The notes under the pieces: generated by a model
What the model was told of the DNA's origin: nothing
Databases searched by the model: none
What the model saw: the letters and a program-made list of their open reading frames with translations, nothing else
Source: Candidatus Aminicenantes bacterium
GTDB lineage: Bacteria > Acidobacteriota > Aminicenantia > UBA2199
Assembly: GCA_029938635.1 (NCBI GenBank)
Contig: JAOZUQ010000005.1
Location: 1,363 to 65,362, forward strand
DNA: 64,000 bases
Reading direction: 5' to 3'
Made by a program: the position numbers and the translations under genes
Shown here: positions 20,252 through 29,601 of the stretch, piece by piece
Numbering within the stretch: position 1 is the first letter of the stretch
Layout of the letters: each line of letters begins with the position of its first letter

Positions 20252-21674
20252 TTTTTATCTTTTTTATTGCATTTTCAAGCTTAATTCCCCTGGATGCTTT
20301 AAAAAGTAAAACACTGCTCTCCTTAATATTATTTCTAATAAATTCACCCGCTTCTTCTGAAGTTTTAAAAGTTTTTATATCCACTCCCGGGAATCCACCG
20401 GACTCTGCACCTTTTGCAAGCTGCTCAGATCTTTTTCCCACAGTTATTAACATTTCATAATTAAGCTCTGAGAAAAATTTCCCGGATTCGAAATGGTATT
20501 TGTTTTCTTCTTCGCCAAGTTCCAGCATATCTCCCAATACCGCAACCTTGGAATTATCAAACTCATCATTGACCCACTCAAGTGTTTTATGAAGTGCGAC
20601 AGGATTCGAATTATAGGTTTCATCTATTATCGTGAAATTCCCGGTGTTTTTTATCTCTCCACGTCCTGATACAGGTTCAATATTCTTTACGGCATCTGAT
20701 ATCTCAAAATTTTTCATCCCCGAGTATTGAGCGGCAATAATTGCAGCAAAAAGATTTTCGATCTGAACTTTATTTATCAGGTTAGTTTCGAACCTTGCTT
20801 CAATACCATAGAAATCAATAAAGAAGCTGCTTTTTTTCACACTTCTCTCAATACTTCTTAATATGATATCATTCGCTCCTTCAGACCTTCCGAAAAAAAC
20901 TTTTCTTCCCCTTTTAACTTTCACTTCATCTTTTAAAAACTCAGAATCTCCTGAAATAAATGATATCCCATCCGCATCCAGATAATTCAGAATCTCAGCT
21001 TTCCCTTTTGCTACATTCTTCAGGGTTTTGAGAAATTCCATATGTACCGGGAAAACATTCAGTATCAATGCAATATCCGGCCGTAGAATATCGGCCAGGA
21101 GATCGATCTCCCCGATTCCCGGATAGCTCATGGCCAATTCGAATATAGCAAAATCTTCATCTCCCCTGATCTTTAACATGGAGAAAGGTAATCCGATCCA
21201 ATTATTCCAATTCCGGTAAGATCTGAACACTTTATATTTAGTAGAAAGGATCTGCGAAACAAATTCCTTGGTTGTGGTTTTACCGGCACTTCCTGTAATT
21301 CCAATATATTTTATTTTCCTGAATTTACTCCTTACATTTGATGCAAGTTTATGTGCTGCTTTTAATGTGTCATCCACTACTAAAAGAGGAATTTTTATCC
21401 CTGACCTGTCAAAATCCTTATTAACAACTGCTGCTGCTCCCTTGAAATTATTCAGACCGGCAACAAATTTGTGCCCATCACCATTATCAGAACTTAGTGC
21501 AAAGAAAAGTGTATTCTCATTTTTTATATTACGGGTATCAAATTCAAATTCAGAGAAATACTCTTTTCCCTTAAAGTTAAAAGATTCTCCACCGGTAATT
21601 CTAAGGATCTCTTCAATTTTAAATTCAGACACCTTTCGCCTCCATGAGTTTTGCAACAACTTCATAATCATCAA
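20244..21674 (-). CDS. murF: UDP-N-acetylmuramoyl-tripeptide--D-alanyl-D-alanine ligase
   Basis: 476 aa. P-loop GITGSAGKTTTKE. MurF-type N-terminal domain. The true start may be an internal Met a few codons downstream. Confidence 0.85.
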   Translation of the reverse strand: MMIMKLLQNSWRRKVSEFKIEEILRITGGESFNFKGKEYFSEFEFDTRNIKNENTLFFALSSDNGDGHKFVAGLNNFKGAAAVVNKDFDRSGIKIPLLVVDDTLKAAHKLASNVRSKFRKIKYIGITGSAGKTTTKEFVSQILSTKYKVFRSYRNWNNWIGLPFSMLKIRGDEDFAIFELAMSYPGIGEIDLLADILRPDIALILNVFPVHMEFLKTLKNVAKGKAEILNYLDADGISFISGDSEFLKDEVKVKRGRKVFFGRSEGANDIILRSIERSVKKSSFFIDFYGIEARFETNLINKVQIENLFAAIIAAQYSGMKNFEISDAVKNIEPVSGRGEIKNTGNFTIIDETYNSNPVALHKTLEWVNDEFDNSKVAVLGDMLELGEEENKYHFESGKFFSELNYEMLITVGKRSEQLAKGAESGGFPGVDIKTFKTSEEAGEFIRNNIKESSVLLFKASRGIKLENAIKKIKNG

Positions 21675-23085
21675 AATGGATCACTTCTTTTCCCAGGATC
21701 TGATAATCCTCATGCCCCTTGCCTGCAATAATAACGACATCCCCTTTCGCGGCAATATTTATTCCCGCAGCTATCCCCTTCTCTCTGTCCTTCTCTATCT
21801 GATAAGATTTGAATCCATGGGGGAACCCTGCAACGATCTGCTTAATTATTGCACCGGGATCCTCATCCCTGGGATTGTCACTGGTTACAATAACTTTATC
21901 CGCATGCTCAGCTGCAACTGCACCCATTCTCGGCCTTTTTGTTATATCTCTTGACCCGCCGGCTCCAAAAACAAGGATTATCTTTCTGAAATTTAATTCT
22001 TTCACACTCAGCAAAAGATTTTCGAGGGCATTATCTGTGTGAGCGTAATCTATAATGACAGTAAAATCATTCTCAAATACCGTATCAAGCCTCCCCTTCA
22101 CATTCTTGAATTCTTTCATAGCAGCTGCAATATCTTCGAAACCTATATCCCTTACAATTGCAGAAGCAACAGCTGCAAGGATATTCAACAGGTTTATCCT
22201 GCCGATCAGGCTGCTTTCTATCTGTATATCACCCGCGGGAGTTGAAACAAGAGCCTTAATACCCTTTGCGGTCAATTTGTAACTGACCGGTCTCACATCT
22301 GCTTCACTCGAAAATCCGTAGGTAATATACTTTGAATCTATTATTTCAATGATTGCTTTTCCCTTTTCATCATCAATATTTAGTATCGCCCATTTATCCG
22401 GGGTTAAAGATCTGAAGAGTAACAACTTTGAATCAAAATAATTTTCCATATTGTAGTGGAAATCAAGATGGTCCCCCGACAAATTTGTGAAGATAGCCTG
22501 AGAAAAGCCTATTCCCGTCACCCTGTCCAATTCAAGAGCAACTGATGATACTTCCATTATCAAATTTTCAAAATCACCGCTGCATTCCTCGGCAAGAAAT
22601 TTATATATATCATTTGCTTCAGGTGTTGTAAGAGAAGCTTTCCTTCCGTTCATCCCGCACCATGCACCAAGAGTACCGAACTTTACAGTCCTCATCTTTC
22701 TTCTAAAGATAGAATCGATCAGAGCAACCACCGTTGTCTTTCCATTTGTCCCGGTAACCCCTACAACATATTTATCCTTCAGAGGATCTCCATGAAAATT
22801 GAGGCTTATTGTTGCAAATGCTTTCCTGATATTTTTAAGGCGAACCCATGTTACTCCGGGATAATTACCAGCAGGGGATGTTTCAGATATCACAAGTATT
22901 GCACCTTTAGAAACTGCATCATCAATATATTTATTTCCATCATCCTTATATCCTGAGATGGCAATGAAACAATTCCCTTCATTTACCTGTCTGGAATCTT
23001 GAGTGATTCCGGTAATTTGAATATCCAGAGAGCCTCTCACCTCTATTGTCTCTATTCCTGCGAGGAGATTCCTTATATTACTCAT
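21625..23085 (-). CDS. murE: UDP-N-acetylmuramoyl-L-alanyl-D-glutamate--2,6-diaminopimelate ligase
   Basis: 486 aa. P-loop VTGTNGKTT. DNPR motif (SDNPRDEDP) typical of MurE. Confidence 0.9.
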   Translation of the reverse strand: MSNIRNLLAGIETIEVRGSLDIQITGITQDSRQVNEGNCFIAISGYKDDGNKYIDDAVSKGAILVISETSPAGNYPGVTWVRLKNIRKAFATISLNFHGDPLKDKYVVGVTGTNGKTTVVALIDSIFRRKMRTVKFGTLGAWCGMNGRKASLTTPEANDIYKFLAEECSGDFENLIMEVSSVALELDRVTGIGFSQAIFTNLSGDHLDFHYNMENYFDSKLLLFRSLTPDKWAILNIDDEKGKAIIEIIDSKYITYGFSSEADVRPVSYKLTAKGIKALVSTPAGDIQIESSLIGRINLLNILAAVASAIVRDIGFEDIAAAMKEFKNVKGRLDTVFENDFTVIIDYAHTDNALENLLLSVKELNFRKIILVFGAGGSRDITKRPRMGAVAAEHADKVIVTSDNPRDEDPGAIIKQIVAGFPHGFKSYQIEKDREKGIAAGINIAAKGDVVIIAGKGHEDYQILGKEVIHFDDYEVVAKLMEAKGV

Positions 23086-24782
23086 ATCCTCACTCCTGGA
23101 AGTTTCTGATCTTCATAACCGATATTCTGACTCATGATCACTCTTTTTGATATTTCTTTAAACAATGGAGCAGCAACATCTCCTCCATAGAACAACCCTT
23201 TCGGTTCATCTATCACAATAAAAATCGTTATTTCCGGATCATCAACAGGGAAGAAACCACCGAAAGATGATACATAGAGTTTCCTGAACTTCCCCAATTT
23301 ATATTTCTTTGCTGTTCCCGTTTTTCCTGCCACTTTGAGATCGGCCAGGGTAGCTTTCTTTCCTGTGCCGATATCAACAACATCTACCATTATATCTGTC
23401 ACTAAAGAAGAAGTATTTTCGGATATTATCCGCTTCGGTTTGCTGTTTCTGAAAAGGACACCATCTATTGATTTTAAGATTTTCGGCTCTACAAGATAGC
23501 CGCCTGAAGCTATTACATTTAACGCCCTGATCATTTGAATCGGAGAAACATAAATTTCATAACCATGAGCAATATATGCAGAAGAGTACCTGTTCCACCT
23601 TTTTAACGGATTAACAATCCCTTTTTCAGCAGCAGGGAGTCTGATATCCGGCTCATTCCCGAAACCGAATTTTTTTATATAGTTATAATATCTTTTGTCT
23701 CCTAGCCTCATCCCGATTTGTGCTGCTCCGATATTGCTGGAATACACAATGATATCCCTGAAACTAAGGGTGGCGTATGGATGAACATCCTGAATTTTCA
23801 GATCATTCATTGAATATTCACCGTTGTAGCAATTGAATTTGTAGTCTACATCACACACTTTATTCTCAAGAGCTGAAGATGCCAATATGACTTTGAATGT
23901 CGAGCCCGGGTAATAAAGGAATGAGAGTGCATTGTTTCTCAGTACAGATTGCTTTGTATGACTGATATTTGATGGATCATATCCCGGGTAGCTGGTCATT
24001 GCCAGAAGAGAACCATCCTTCGAATTCATAACAATTACCGATCCACCTTTTGCATTATATTTTTTCACAACTTCTTCAAGTTTTTTCTCTACAAAATATT
24101 GGATTGGAAGATCTATTGTAAGGTGAAGGTTTTTCCCCGGAATCTCACTTTCAAGATATTCAAGACTGAATATCTGACTTCGCGCATCAAGTTGGGCATC
24201 AACTTTCCCCCCTTTTCCTTTAATGACCGCATCGAGTGAAAATTCTATTCCGGAAAGGCCCTGCTCATCGATCCCGACTCCGCCGAGGATGTGTGAAGCA
24301 ACCTTTTTCTGTGGATAGATCCTTTTATATTCATCGATAAATCCAATCCTTGAACTAAAACCTTCTTCATTTACTTTTTCAATTCTCAGGAACTCCTTTT
24401 CCGACAATTTTCTCTTTATCCAGATGAAATGCTTTCCTGCAGAGATCCTTTTTCTTATATTCAGGCGTTCCTTGTATGACAGAGAGATCTTTTTCCCAAT
24501 TTTTCCATAGAGTGTTCCGGATTCTCCCTTGTCCTTGTTTGAAATAAATGCTGATTTTGAAAGAACTGAAATGGCAAGAATGTCACCATGTTTATCATAA
24601 ATAGTGCCTCTTTTCGGATGGAGAGAGAAAATACGATTAGTCTGGTTCCTGATCTTCTGTGTATACTTCCCGTAATTAAAAACCTGAAGTTTTACAAGTA
24701 CACCAAGGATCAGGATCACCCAGGCCATGAAAGAGAAGAAAACAATTATTACTCTCTTCCTCTCCCCCCTGTTTATCTTCAT
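23082..24782 (-). CDS. ftsI: Penicillin-binding protein (FtsI/PBP3-like transpeptidase)
   Basis: 566 aa. N-terminal TM, PBP dimerisation domain, transpeptidase motifs STFK, SSN, KTGT. Confidence 0.9.
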   Translation of the reverse strand: MKINRGERKRVIIVFFSFMAWVILILGVLVKLQVFNYGKYTQKIRNQTNRIFSLHPKRGTIYDKHGDILAISVLSKSAFISNKDKGESGTLYGKIGKKISLSYKERLNIRKRISAGKHFIWIKRKLSEKEFLRIEKVNEEGFSSRIGFIDEYKRIYPQKKVASHILGGVGIDEQGLSGIEFSLDAVIKGKGGKVDAQLDARSQIFSLEYLESEIPGKNLHLTIDLPIQYFVEKKLEEVVKKYNAKGGSVIVMNSKDGSLLAMTSYPGYDPSNISHTKQSVLRNNALSFLYYPGSTFKVILASSALENKVCDVDYKFNCYNGEYSMNDLKIQDVHPYATLSFRDIIVYSSNIGAAQIGMRLGDKRYYNYIKKFGFGNEPDIRLPAAEKGIVNPLKRWNRYSSAYIAHGYEIYVSPIQMIRALNVIASGGYLVEPKILKSIDGVLFRNSKPKRIISENTSSLVTDIMVDVVDIGTGKKATLADLKVAGKTGTAKKYKLGKFRKLYVSSFGGFFPVDDPEITIFIVIDEPKGLFYGGDVAAPLFKEISKRVIMSQNIGYEDQKLPGVRI

Positions 24783-24783
24783 C

Positions 24784-25065
24784 TTATTCTCCGTAAATCT
24801 TTATGATCTGCCCTTTCTTCGGATAATCATATCCAAGCTTCTGAACAACAATTCGTTCAACCCTTCCAAGATCGAGCAGTATCGCTTTCTTTGCACTTAA
24901 CAGATCGATCGTTTCTTTAAGTTCTTTTTTTCTATTTTTCAGTCTTTGCTTTTCATAACCATAATCTGTATTCCTCAAGTTCAGGCTTGAGTAGGTGAAA
25001 AGGAGTGTAAACAATACAAATGCAGTTAGCGCTATAAGCTTTCCGTAGTTGCTCTTTTTTTTCAT
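24784..25065 (-). CDS. ftsL: Cell division protein FtsL-like (septum formation initiator)
   Basis: 93 aa. Single TM followed by a coiled-coil. Canonical position between rsmH and ftsI. Confidence 0.6.
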   Translation of the reverse strand: MKKKSNYGKLIALTAFVLFTLLFTYSSLNLRNTDYGYEKQRLKNRKKELKETIDLLSAKKAILLDLGRVERIVVQKLGYDYPKKGQIIKIYGE

Positions 25066-25943
25066 AATATTGCAACAGCCCTTAATTTTGCCGATCTTGA
25101 CGGGTTGTTCTCTCTGACCTCCTCATCTGACGGCTTCATCGGGAACGGTTTTATCAGTTCCACAATTCCTGAATTTTTCAACTTCCGGAACACCTCTTTG
25201 ATCATCCTGTCTTCCAGAGAATGGAAAGTCAGGAAAGCAATCCTTGCACCTTTTTTAAGACGTCCGGAGAGAGCTTCTACAAATTCACTTATACCTTCCA
25301 GCTCGTCATTGACATAGATTCTTAAAGCCTGAAACACCCTGGCAGCAGGATGTGTTCTCCCTCTCTTTGGCCTCCATCCGAAAAAATCTTCAGTGATCTT
25401 CCTTAATTGTTCTGATGTGTCAATTGCCCCAAAAAGCCTCCGCTCAATGATCCGTTTCGCAAAACCCTTTGCATTTCTGATCTCTCCATATTTTTCAAAG
25501 ATCTCTGAAAGTTCCTTTTCACTGAATTTATTTACAACCTCATGAGCAGAGATCCCTTTTCCGATCTCTTTTCTCATGTCAAGCCTGGAATTCTCTGAAT
25601 GAGAAAACCCTCTTCCGCCTGACTTAATCTGATATACCGAAAGACCTGGATCCACAAGGACACCCGATATTCTGTCCCATTCGACCCCTTCAATTTCGAA
25701 TACACTGGTAAACCGTGTCAGGATAAATCTGACTCTGTCCCCATATGAAGCCATGTTTGTTTTCGCCATTTCTATACTTTCACTATCAGCATCAATTGCA
25801 ATCAGTTCAGATCCGGGGAATTCATCCAGGATAAGCGATGCATGACCGCCCATCCCGACTGTACAGTCAAGAAAAAGATCTCCGTCCGAACCTCTCAGGA
25901 CAGAGATCACTTCATTATTCATCACCGGATAGTGGGAGTTCAT
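25062..25943 (-). CDS. rsmH: 16S rRNA (cytosine1402-N4)-methyltransferase
   Basis: 293 aa. HYPVM, DCTVGMGGHA and SAM-MTase motifs characteristic of RsmH/MraW. Confidence 0.95.
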   Translation of the reverse strand: MNSHYPVMNNEVISVLRGSDGDLFLDCTVGMGGHASLILDEFPGSELIAIDADSESIEMAKTNMASYGDRVRFILTRFTSVFEIEGVEWDRISGVLVDPGLSVYQIKSGGRGFSHSENSRLDMRKEIGKGISAHEVVNKFSEKELSEIFEKYGEIRNAKGFAKRIIERRLFGAIDTSEQLRKITEDFFGWRPKRGRTHPAARVFQALRIYVNDELEGISEFVEALSGRLKKGARIAFLTFHSLEDRMIKEVFRKLKNSGIVELIKPFPMKPSDEEVRENNPSRSAKLRAVAIL

Positions 25944-26406
25944 TGTTCAACAACCTCGAAATCTCATCCATTTCACTATCTGAAAAGCTTTTTGAAGAAT
26001 ATTTTTCCTCAAATACTTCATTGTTCCAGATAGCTATATGATCGATCTGCCCTATAATGAGCACACTGTCCTTTAACTTGATCTTCTCTCTGAGATCGGG
26101 TGGGATTAAAATTCTCCCTTTAGGGTCAAGCTCCGACTCGGTTCCCCAATACCCCGTAACTCTTACAAAATCTTCAACTTTTCTCGTCCGCAATTGTATT
26201 TTCGCTATTTTTTGTTCTATAATCTCCCATATATGAAGTGGATAAAAAAGAATGTGGTCATCGTTTGCGGATGTGAGGTAAACCTCTCTTCCGAACTGGG
26301 TTTCCAGGATGGTTCTGTAGCGGGAAGGGACAATTATTCTGCCCCTGTCGTCTATTTTTAGGGTATAACTACCCCTGAATCGCCTGTTCATCCCATTTTG
26401 TCCCAT
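25915..26406 (-). CDS. mraZ: Transcriptional regulator MraZ
   Basis: 163 aa. Duplicated MraZ/SpoVT-AbrB motifs (FRGSYTLKIDDRGRIIVP... and ...DPKGRILIPPDLRE). The true start may be the internal Met giving MNRRFRGSY. Confidence 0.9.
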   Translation of the reverse strand: MGQNGMNRRFRGSYTLKIDDRGRIIVPSRYRTILETQFGREVYLTSANDDHILFYPLHIWEIIEQKIAKIQLRTRKVEDFVRVTGYWGTESELDPKGRILIPPDLREKIKLKDSVLIIGQIDHIAIWNNEVFEEKYSSKSFSDSEMDEISRLLNNELPLSGDE

Positions 26407-26507
26407 TTCTTCCCATTCATCTTAATATATATATACTTTAAATGTCAAGAAATTTCAAAAAAAAATCACTTTTTTTCAAATAAAAATAATTTTTTCAAAA
26501 AAAAGAG

Positions 26508-26536
26508 TTGACACACCATATGTAGTGTTTTAAAAT
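26508..26536 (+). promoter_or_regulatory. Sigma70-like promoter of nrdJ (TTGACA-N17-TAAAAT)
   Basis: TTGACA at 26508-26513, 17-nt spacer, TAAAAT at 26531-26536, about 30 nt upstream of the nrdJ SD/ATG. Confidence 0.55.
26512..26527 (+). promoter_or_regulatory. Candidate NrdR box overlapping the nrdJ promoter spacer
   Basis: ACACCATATGTAGTGT is a 16-bp near-palindrome resembling the NrdR operator consensus acacwAtATaTwgtgt. A second imperfect palindrome CTGGTAACTAGATATACCAG lies at 26540-26559. Confidence 0.35.
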
Positions 26537-26569
26537 TTTCTGGTAACTAGATATACCAGGAGGAGATGG

Positions 26570-28654
26570 ATGGAAAATTTTTCAGAGAATGCCTTGAAAA
26601 TTCTACGGGCCAGATATTTCAAAAAAAATGCTGATGGGGAGCTGACAGAGAAAAAACCTTCCGACCTGTTCGAGCGGGTCTCAAAATATATAGCAAAAGC
26701 CGAAAAAAATGAAGATGACAGGAAATTCTGGGAGGATAAATTCTACAATTCCATGATGAACAGGGATTTCATGCCGAATTCTCCAACTCTTACAGGAGCG
26801 GATAGAGGAATGTGTCTCTCCGCCTGCTTTGTACTCCCGATCAAGGATTCACTTGAAAAGATCTTTGAAACAGTAAAAAATGCCGCCCTCGTTCACAAAG
26901 AAGGAGGTGGAACCGGATTTGACTTTTCACTTATAAGGCCTCAGGGTAGTTTTGTTAAAAAAACTCAGGGGATTGCCTCCGGGCCTGTTTCATTCCTTAA
27001 AGTAATAGATGCCGGCACTGAAGCTGTAAAACAGGGCGGGACAAGGCGTGGCGCCAACATGGGAGTTCTGAGAGTAGATCATCCCGATATCAAAGAATTT
27101 ATCACGATGAAAGATGACGGAAAAACAGCCCTGAACTTTAATATTTCCGTTGCAATTACAAATGATTTTATTGAAGCAGTTAAGAATAAAACAACTTATG
27201 ACCTGATCGATCCCAAGGACAATGAGGTCGTAGGGAAAATGTCCGCAACCGAAATAATGGAACTGATAGTGGATTCCGCCTGGAGGACAGGCGATCCGGG
27301 ACTGATATTCATTGATAAAGTGAATGAGTTGAATCCGACAAGAATGCAGGGGCCGATCAGAGCGACAAACCCCTGCGGAGAGCAGCCACTTCATGATTTT
27401 GAATCCTGTAATCTCGGATCCATTAATGTATCAAATTTTTTCTCACCTGATAAAGAGGATATGTTCGATTGGGAACGGTTTACAGAGATGATCCAGATGG
27501 GGATCAGGTTTCTGGATAATGTCATTGATGTTAACAAATACCCATTGAAAGAAATTGATAAAATAGCCAAAAGCAACCGGAGGATCGGACTGGGTATCAT
27601 GGGATTTGCAGATCTTCTTATCAAAAAAGAGCTCAGATATGATTCGGATGAGGCACTCGAATTCGGGAGAAAGATCGCAACTTTCCTAAGAAGTGAAGCG
27701 GAGAATGCATCAAGAGGCCTTGCGAAAGAAAGAGGTAACTTCCCGGGTATTGATCAATCGATATACAAAGGGAAACAGATGAGGAATGCAACAGTTCTTA
27801 CCATTGCCCCCACAGGAACAATCTCAAGGATAGCGGGCTGCTCATCCAGTATAGAGCCAGTATTTGCTTTTAAGATCATATCGAAGATCCTGGATAGTGA
27901 AATAAAGGATTTCCACCCGCTCTATCAGGAATGGGAAGAGAAACACGGAGATGAAGCGGTTCCTGAATATTTCATTTCAGCCTCTGAGATCTCACCTGAT
28001 AATCATATAAAAATGCAGGAAGTATTCCAGCTGAGTGTAGACAGTGCCGTTTCAAAAACAATCAATTTTGCAAACAATGCATCAAGAGAAGATATATCCG
28101 ATGCCTATATTATGGCATTCGGCATGGAAGTGAAGGGGATAACTGTATACAGGGACGGATGCCGTGCAATACAGGTGCTTAATAATATGGATAAAAAAGG
28201 CAATCCTGAGCCTCTCGGGAGGCCGGATTCACTCCCGTCAATGACTCATAAAGTTTCTACGGGACTGGGCAGGCTCTATATTACAATATCACACTTTAAT
28301 CATAAACCTTTTGAGGTTTTCTGTTCTATCGGTAAGAGCGGATATTCTACAATGGCAGATGCAGAAGCGATCGGAAGGCTTACATCACTGGCACTAAGAA
28401 GCGGCATCTCAGCTGAAGCGGTTGTGAGTCAGCTTAAAGGGATCGGTGGATCTGAACCGACCTTCCACAATGGAGCTTTGATCCAGTCCATCCCGGATGC
28501 AATAGCACAGGCTCTGGAAAAACATATTGGAGAGGTTATAACTAACAATCAGGATATGAACTCCATTACATGCCCGATGTGCGGAGCATCATTACCTGAT
28601 GAAAAGTGTCCGACCTGCCCGAATTGTGCATGGACAAAATGCGGCGGAACCTGA
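26570..28654 (+). CDS. nrdJ: Class II (adenosylcobalamin-dependent) ribonucleoside reductase
   Basis: 694 aa. N-terminal ...ILRARYFKK...FMPNSPTLTGA..., C-terminal Cys-rich zinc ribbon CPMCGASLPDEKCPTCPNCAWTKCGG. AGGAGG SD 5 nt before the ATG. Confidence 0.9.
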   Translation: MENFSENALKILRARYFKKNADGELTEKKPSDLFERVSKYIAKAEKNEDDRKFWEDKFYNSMMNRDFMPNSPTLTGADRGMCLSACFVLPIKDSLEKIFETVKNAALVHKEGGGTGFDFSLIRPQGSFVKKTQGIASGPVSFLKVIDAGTEAVKQGGTRRGANMGVLRVDHPDIKEFITMKDDGKTALNFNISVAITNDFIEAVKNKTTYDLIDPKDNEVVGKMSATEIMELIVDSAWRTGDPGLIFIDKVNELNPTRMQGPIRATNPCGEQPLHDFESCNLGSINVSNFFSPDKEDMFDWERFTEMIQMGIRFLDNVIDVNKYPLKEIDKIAKSNRRIGLGIMGFADLLIKKELRYDSDEALEFGRKIATFLRSEAENASRGLAKERGNFPGIDQSIYKGKQMRNATVLTIAPTGTISRIAGCSSSIEPVFAFKIISKILDSEIKDFHPLYQEWEEKHGDEAVPEYFISASEISPDNHIKMQEVFQLSVDSAVSKTINFANNASREDISDAYIMAFGMEVKGITVYRDGCRAIQVLNNMDKKGNPEPLGRPDSLPSMTHKVSTGLGRLYITISHFNHKPFEVFCSIGKSGYSTMADAEAIGRLTSLALRSGISAEAVVSQLKGIGGSEPTFHNGALIQSIPDAIAQALEKHIGEVITNNQDMNSITCPMCGASLPDEKCPTCPNCAWTKCGGT

Positions 28655-28656
28655 TT
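28605..28656 (+). repeat. Direct repeat copy 1 (last 16 codons + stop of nrdJ)
   Basis: AGTGTCCGACCTGCCCGAATTGTGCATGGACAAAATGCGGCGGAACCTGATT is identical to 36211..36262. Confidence 0.9.
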
Positions 28657-28661
28657 TGTTT

Positions 28662-29531
28662 TTAAAGAATCAATTGTCTTGTGGCAGAACCCGGGAAATT
28701 GGGATCAAAGCGAATTAACGACAATTCCGGCCCGTCATGAGATCCGTTGAAAGCCTCAGTTCTTCCGATTTTATCTCTCCACGACCCTGTCAATCTTGCA
28801 GATTCATGTACGTGTCCATGAAGAGTTAAAAGCGGCGATTTCTCCTCAATGAATCTTTTAATTGCAATACTTCCTATATTTACATCTAAAGGGACATGAT
28901 CAATCATTTTTCCATCCAGGGCTGCTCTGTCCAGACTGGTTTTATATGGCGGAGAGTGGAAAAGAAAGATCGACTTGGATAATTTTCGATTTTGCGTTAA
29001 TTCTTCAAGATCATCTGCAATTGTCCGGAATTTCAGGTCGTATTCTCGTACCGGAATTGAGAGCGCACCTTCATCCGGCGCCGTACACCCGGGATCAACA
29101 TACCGTGACACATCATACCTTTCCCAATCTTTCAATCTAAATGGTGAAGGGGGAATAAATGAGTACCCAAAAATAAGAAAAGAGTTCCAATTAATCATCT
29201 TATTATGAGCATAATGCCAAATTCCATCCATGGCTGCATCAAGAATTGTGGCCTCCTCCATTCTTCCATCATCATTCCCTAATATTATAAACACATCAGG
29301 ATATCTGCTTTTTAGTTTCTTTCTTATCCTCTGCAAGGTTTTTACAAGGAAATCATTAACAAAATCTTCATGCTGGAAATCCAGGGCAGTCAACGAAGAA
29401 AGAGGTGATGGTAACAGATCTCCTCCAAAAAAAACCGCAGCAGGAGACTCTGATAAAATCTTCTCAAACAAGATTTCATATTTCCTCACATCGCCATGGA
29501 GATCGGTCACAAAAAAGCAGGGCAAACTCAT
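28662..29531 (-). CDS. Calcineurin-like metallophosphoesterase
   Basis: 289 aa. MPE motifs DLHGD, GGDLLP, ILGNDD, FHSPPY, LHGHVHE. Stop codon is 7 bp from the convergent nrdJ stop. Confidence 0.8.
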   Translation of the reverse strand: MSLPCFFVTDLHGDVRKYEILFEKILSESPAAVFFGGDLLPSPLSSLTALDFQHEDFVNDFLVKTLQRIRKKLKSRYPDVFIILGNDDGRMEEATILDAAMDGIWHYAHNKMINWNSFLIFGYSFIPPSPFRLKDWERYDVSRYVDPGCTAPDEGALSIPVREYDLKFRTIADDLEELTQNRKLSKSIFLFHSPPYKTSLDRAALDGKMIDHVPLDVNIGSIAIKRFIEEKSPLLTLHGHVHESARLTGSWRDKIGRTEAFNGSHDGPELSLIRFDPNFPGSATRQLIL

Positions 29532-29601
29532 TTCGCTGCAAATATTAGAGCTCCTTGTTTAAAAAAAGATTAAAAAATACTCTGATAATCATTTTTTTAT
29601 A

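Noticed and set aside
26990-27624. Minus-strand ORFs inside nrdJ (26990..27394, 27391..27624)
   Set aside because: Antisense to a high-confidence conserved CDS.
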